Notes under the pieces: model-generated
Told to the model about the DNA's origin: nothing
What the model saw: the letters and a program-made list of their open reading frames with translations, nothing else
The model's database searches: none
Origin: Owenia fusiformis
Lineage: Eukaryota
Direction: 5' to 3'
DNA length: 64,000 nt
NCBI GenBank assembly: GCA_903813345.2
Contig: CAIIXF020000001.1
Span: forward strand, 44,144,001 to 44,208,000
Made by a program: the position numbers and the translations under genes
Shown: piece by piece, positions 62,401-64,000 of the stretch
Numbering within the stretch: the stretch's first letter is position 1
Layout of the letters: each line of letters begins with the position of its first letter

Positions 62401-64000
62401 GTAACCTAATGACATTACAAAATCTAAAAAATCTATTTCTACTTGAATCTGTTTGTTATTTTATTCAATCTTGTTTGTTTACGATCGGAATCTGACAGCG
62501 GCAGAATATGACATTGGGGAATTCGTAAGTGACGTAAGTCTATGGAAATTAAATGACATGAATGCAACAAATAAATGTATACATTTTAAAAGTCAACTTT
62601 TTCAAAAAATGTCTCAAACAAACATTATATTGAAGATTAAGCAATATTTTCAAACTCAGCATCAAAAATGGTATTCCCTTGTCATGTGATGATCGAGTGT
62701 TCAACCAATCACAGAATGGTGGGATATCAGAAAATACAACTGTTAGTCGTTTGAGTAAAATGACTCTTTATTCAGAAAATCGGCCTCTTATTCTGAAATG
62801 CACAAAACTCCTAGTGATATTTTTAAGAAATTGCTACACACGAAGCCTCTTCTCTAATTTGTATGTATCAAAGTTTAGGCCATATAAGCAATCAATCAGC
62901 TATAAAATAAAAAAAGACATGTGATCAGATAATAGTAATTTGTCTTAGTAGAAGGAAATGAAACATGTTAAGGTATACTGATAGTGTGATAAAAATATTA
63001 ATAATTGAGCATTCTTAAAAGCTTTTGCACTTTTTCACTTTTTTTATGAGTAAAATCAAAAATGGCTACCTAAGATTTACCCAACATACCTTAAAAACTA
63101 GGCAATATAATAGGCCTCATTCTCGATTTTCATTCCAAGAATCATTCACGAAAAATTCAAATTAACCGATGGAAAAATGTGCAAACAAGAAAAGTAAGAC
63201 GGCGCTCGCCAACCGTGAACCTTTTTTAATTACGATAGTCAAATACAGTGGTCAGAACTAATGCAACTCGATCTATTCAATGTAGAAATGTTGTTTATAG
63301 TGTTGTAAATATTCGAGGATTTAAAAATGACACCTGATGCTAAAATGGTTAGAAGTTCAACTGGTTGATAATACTGAATCACTCAAAAGAATACAATGCA
63401 GTGATGATACAGTATAGTCATGATGTAAGACAGCTTGTATTCGCGAATGCAACTTTCGGCTGTCGGCTATCGGATTAACCTACTATTCTATGGACAACTC
63501 ATTCAAATATGAATAGTACCTACTATTGTTATATACCTCATATGTATTCTAGCTGCTCATTGGCTTATTCATGATCAAATGATATGAAATAGATGAACTT
63601 ATTCCCTAGAAAGTCCTAAATCCCTGCTATCAGGGAAGATGAAATGTAGCTGGGATTATAGGAGTTGAAAGGCAGAATACCTTTAAATGCCAATAAAAAC
63701 CTGTCAACATTAAATGTTCTGGTTTGGTTCCGTCAATTCATGAGATTTGATATATGTTTTGAAACTGCACTAACATGAGCATGATCTTTTGTAGGGATAT
63801 ACTGTCAAAACTGACGTGAAAATAACAGATCGCTTGTGACACGTTTGCCAATGTTTAGCTATTGAATTCATATGTTAAGATGTGTAGCTCATTCTAGTTA
63901 GTAGATACCCTGCGCGCAGAGTCTAGTCATAAACGAAGACGAAGCTCTCTTTTAAGAAGTTAAGTCGAACGAATGCAAAGGGTAGTTAATAGATATCCAG

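Overview
AT-rich, intron-rich animal (metazoan, probably marine invertebrate/lophotrochozoan) genomic DNA with no prokaryotic features or CRISPR. Three protein-coding genes, all on the minus strand, were assembled by hand from GT-AG sites with consistent phases. (1) The 5' 28 coding exons (about 1447 codons) of SPEF2/KPL2 (23978->482, continuing off the left edge), with an RFX X-box-like site upstream. (2,3) Two tandem paralogues (36453->25408, about 337 aa; 54563->39651, about 333 aa) encoding secreted proteins: signal peptide, Gly-rich linker, atypical 6-Cys (chitin-binding-like) module and a MIDAS-intact VWA domain, with matching exon structure and a conserved TATA promoter. The rest is dense with mobile DNA: a DD34D mariner with one nonsense codon and a nested insert, a LINE 3' fragment, Tc1 relics, hAT-like and TTAA-flanked MITEs, and a 3-layer nested foldback carrying satellites. 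The most notable elements are (a) a 5.4-kb Ngaro/PAT-type tyrosine-recombinase retroelement (56715-62110) whose split direct repeats read as identical while its ORFs are badly decayed, and (b) a miniature LTR element (TRIM) with a tRNA-like cassette inside its LTR (22768-23095). All calls come from manual reading; no searches were run.
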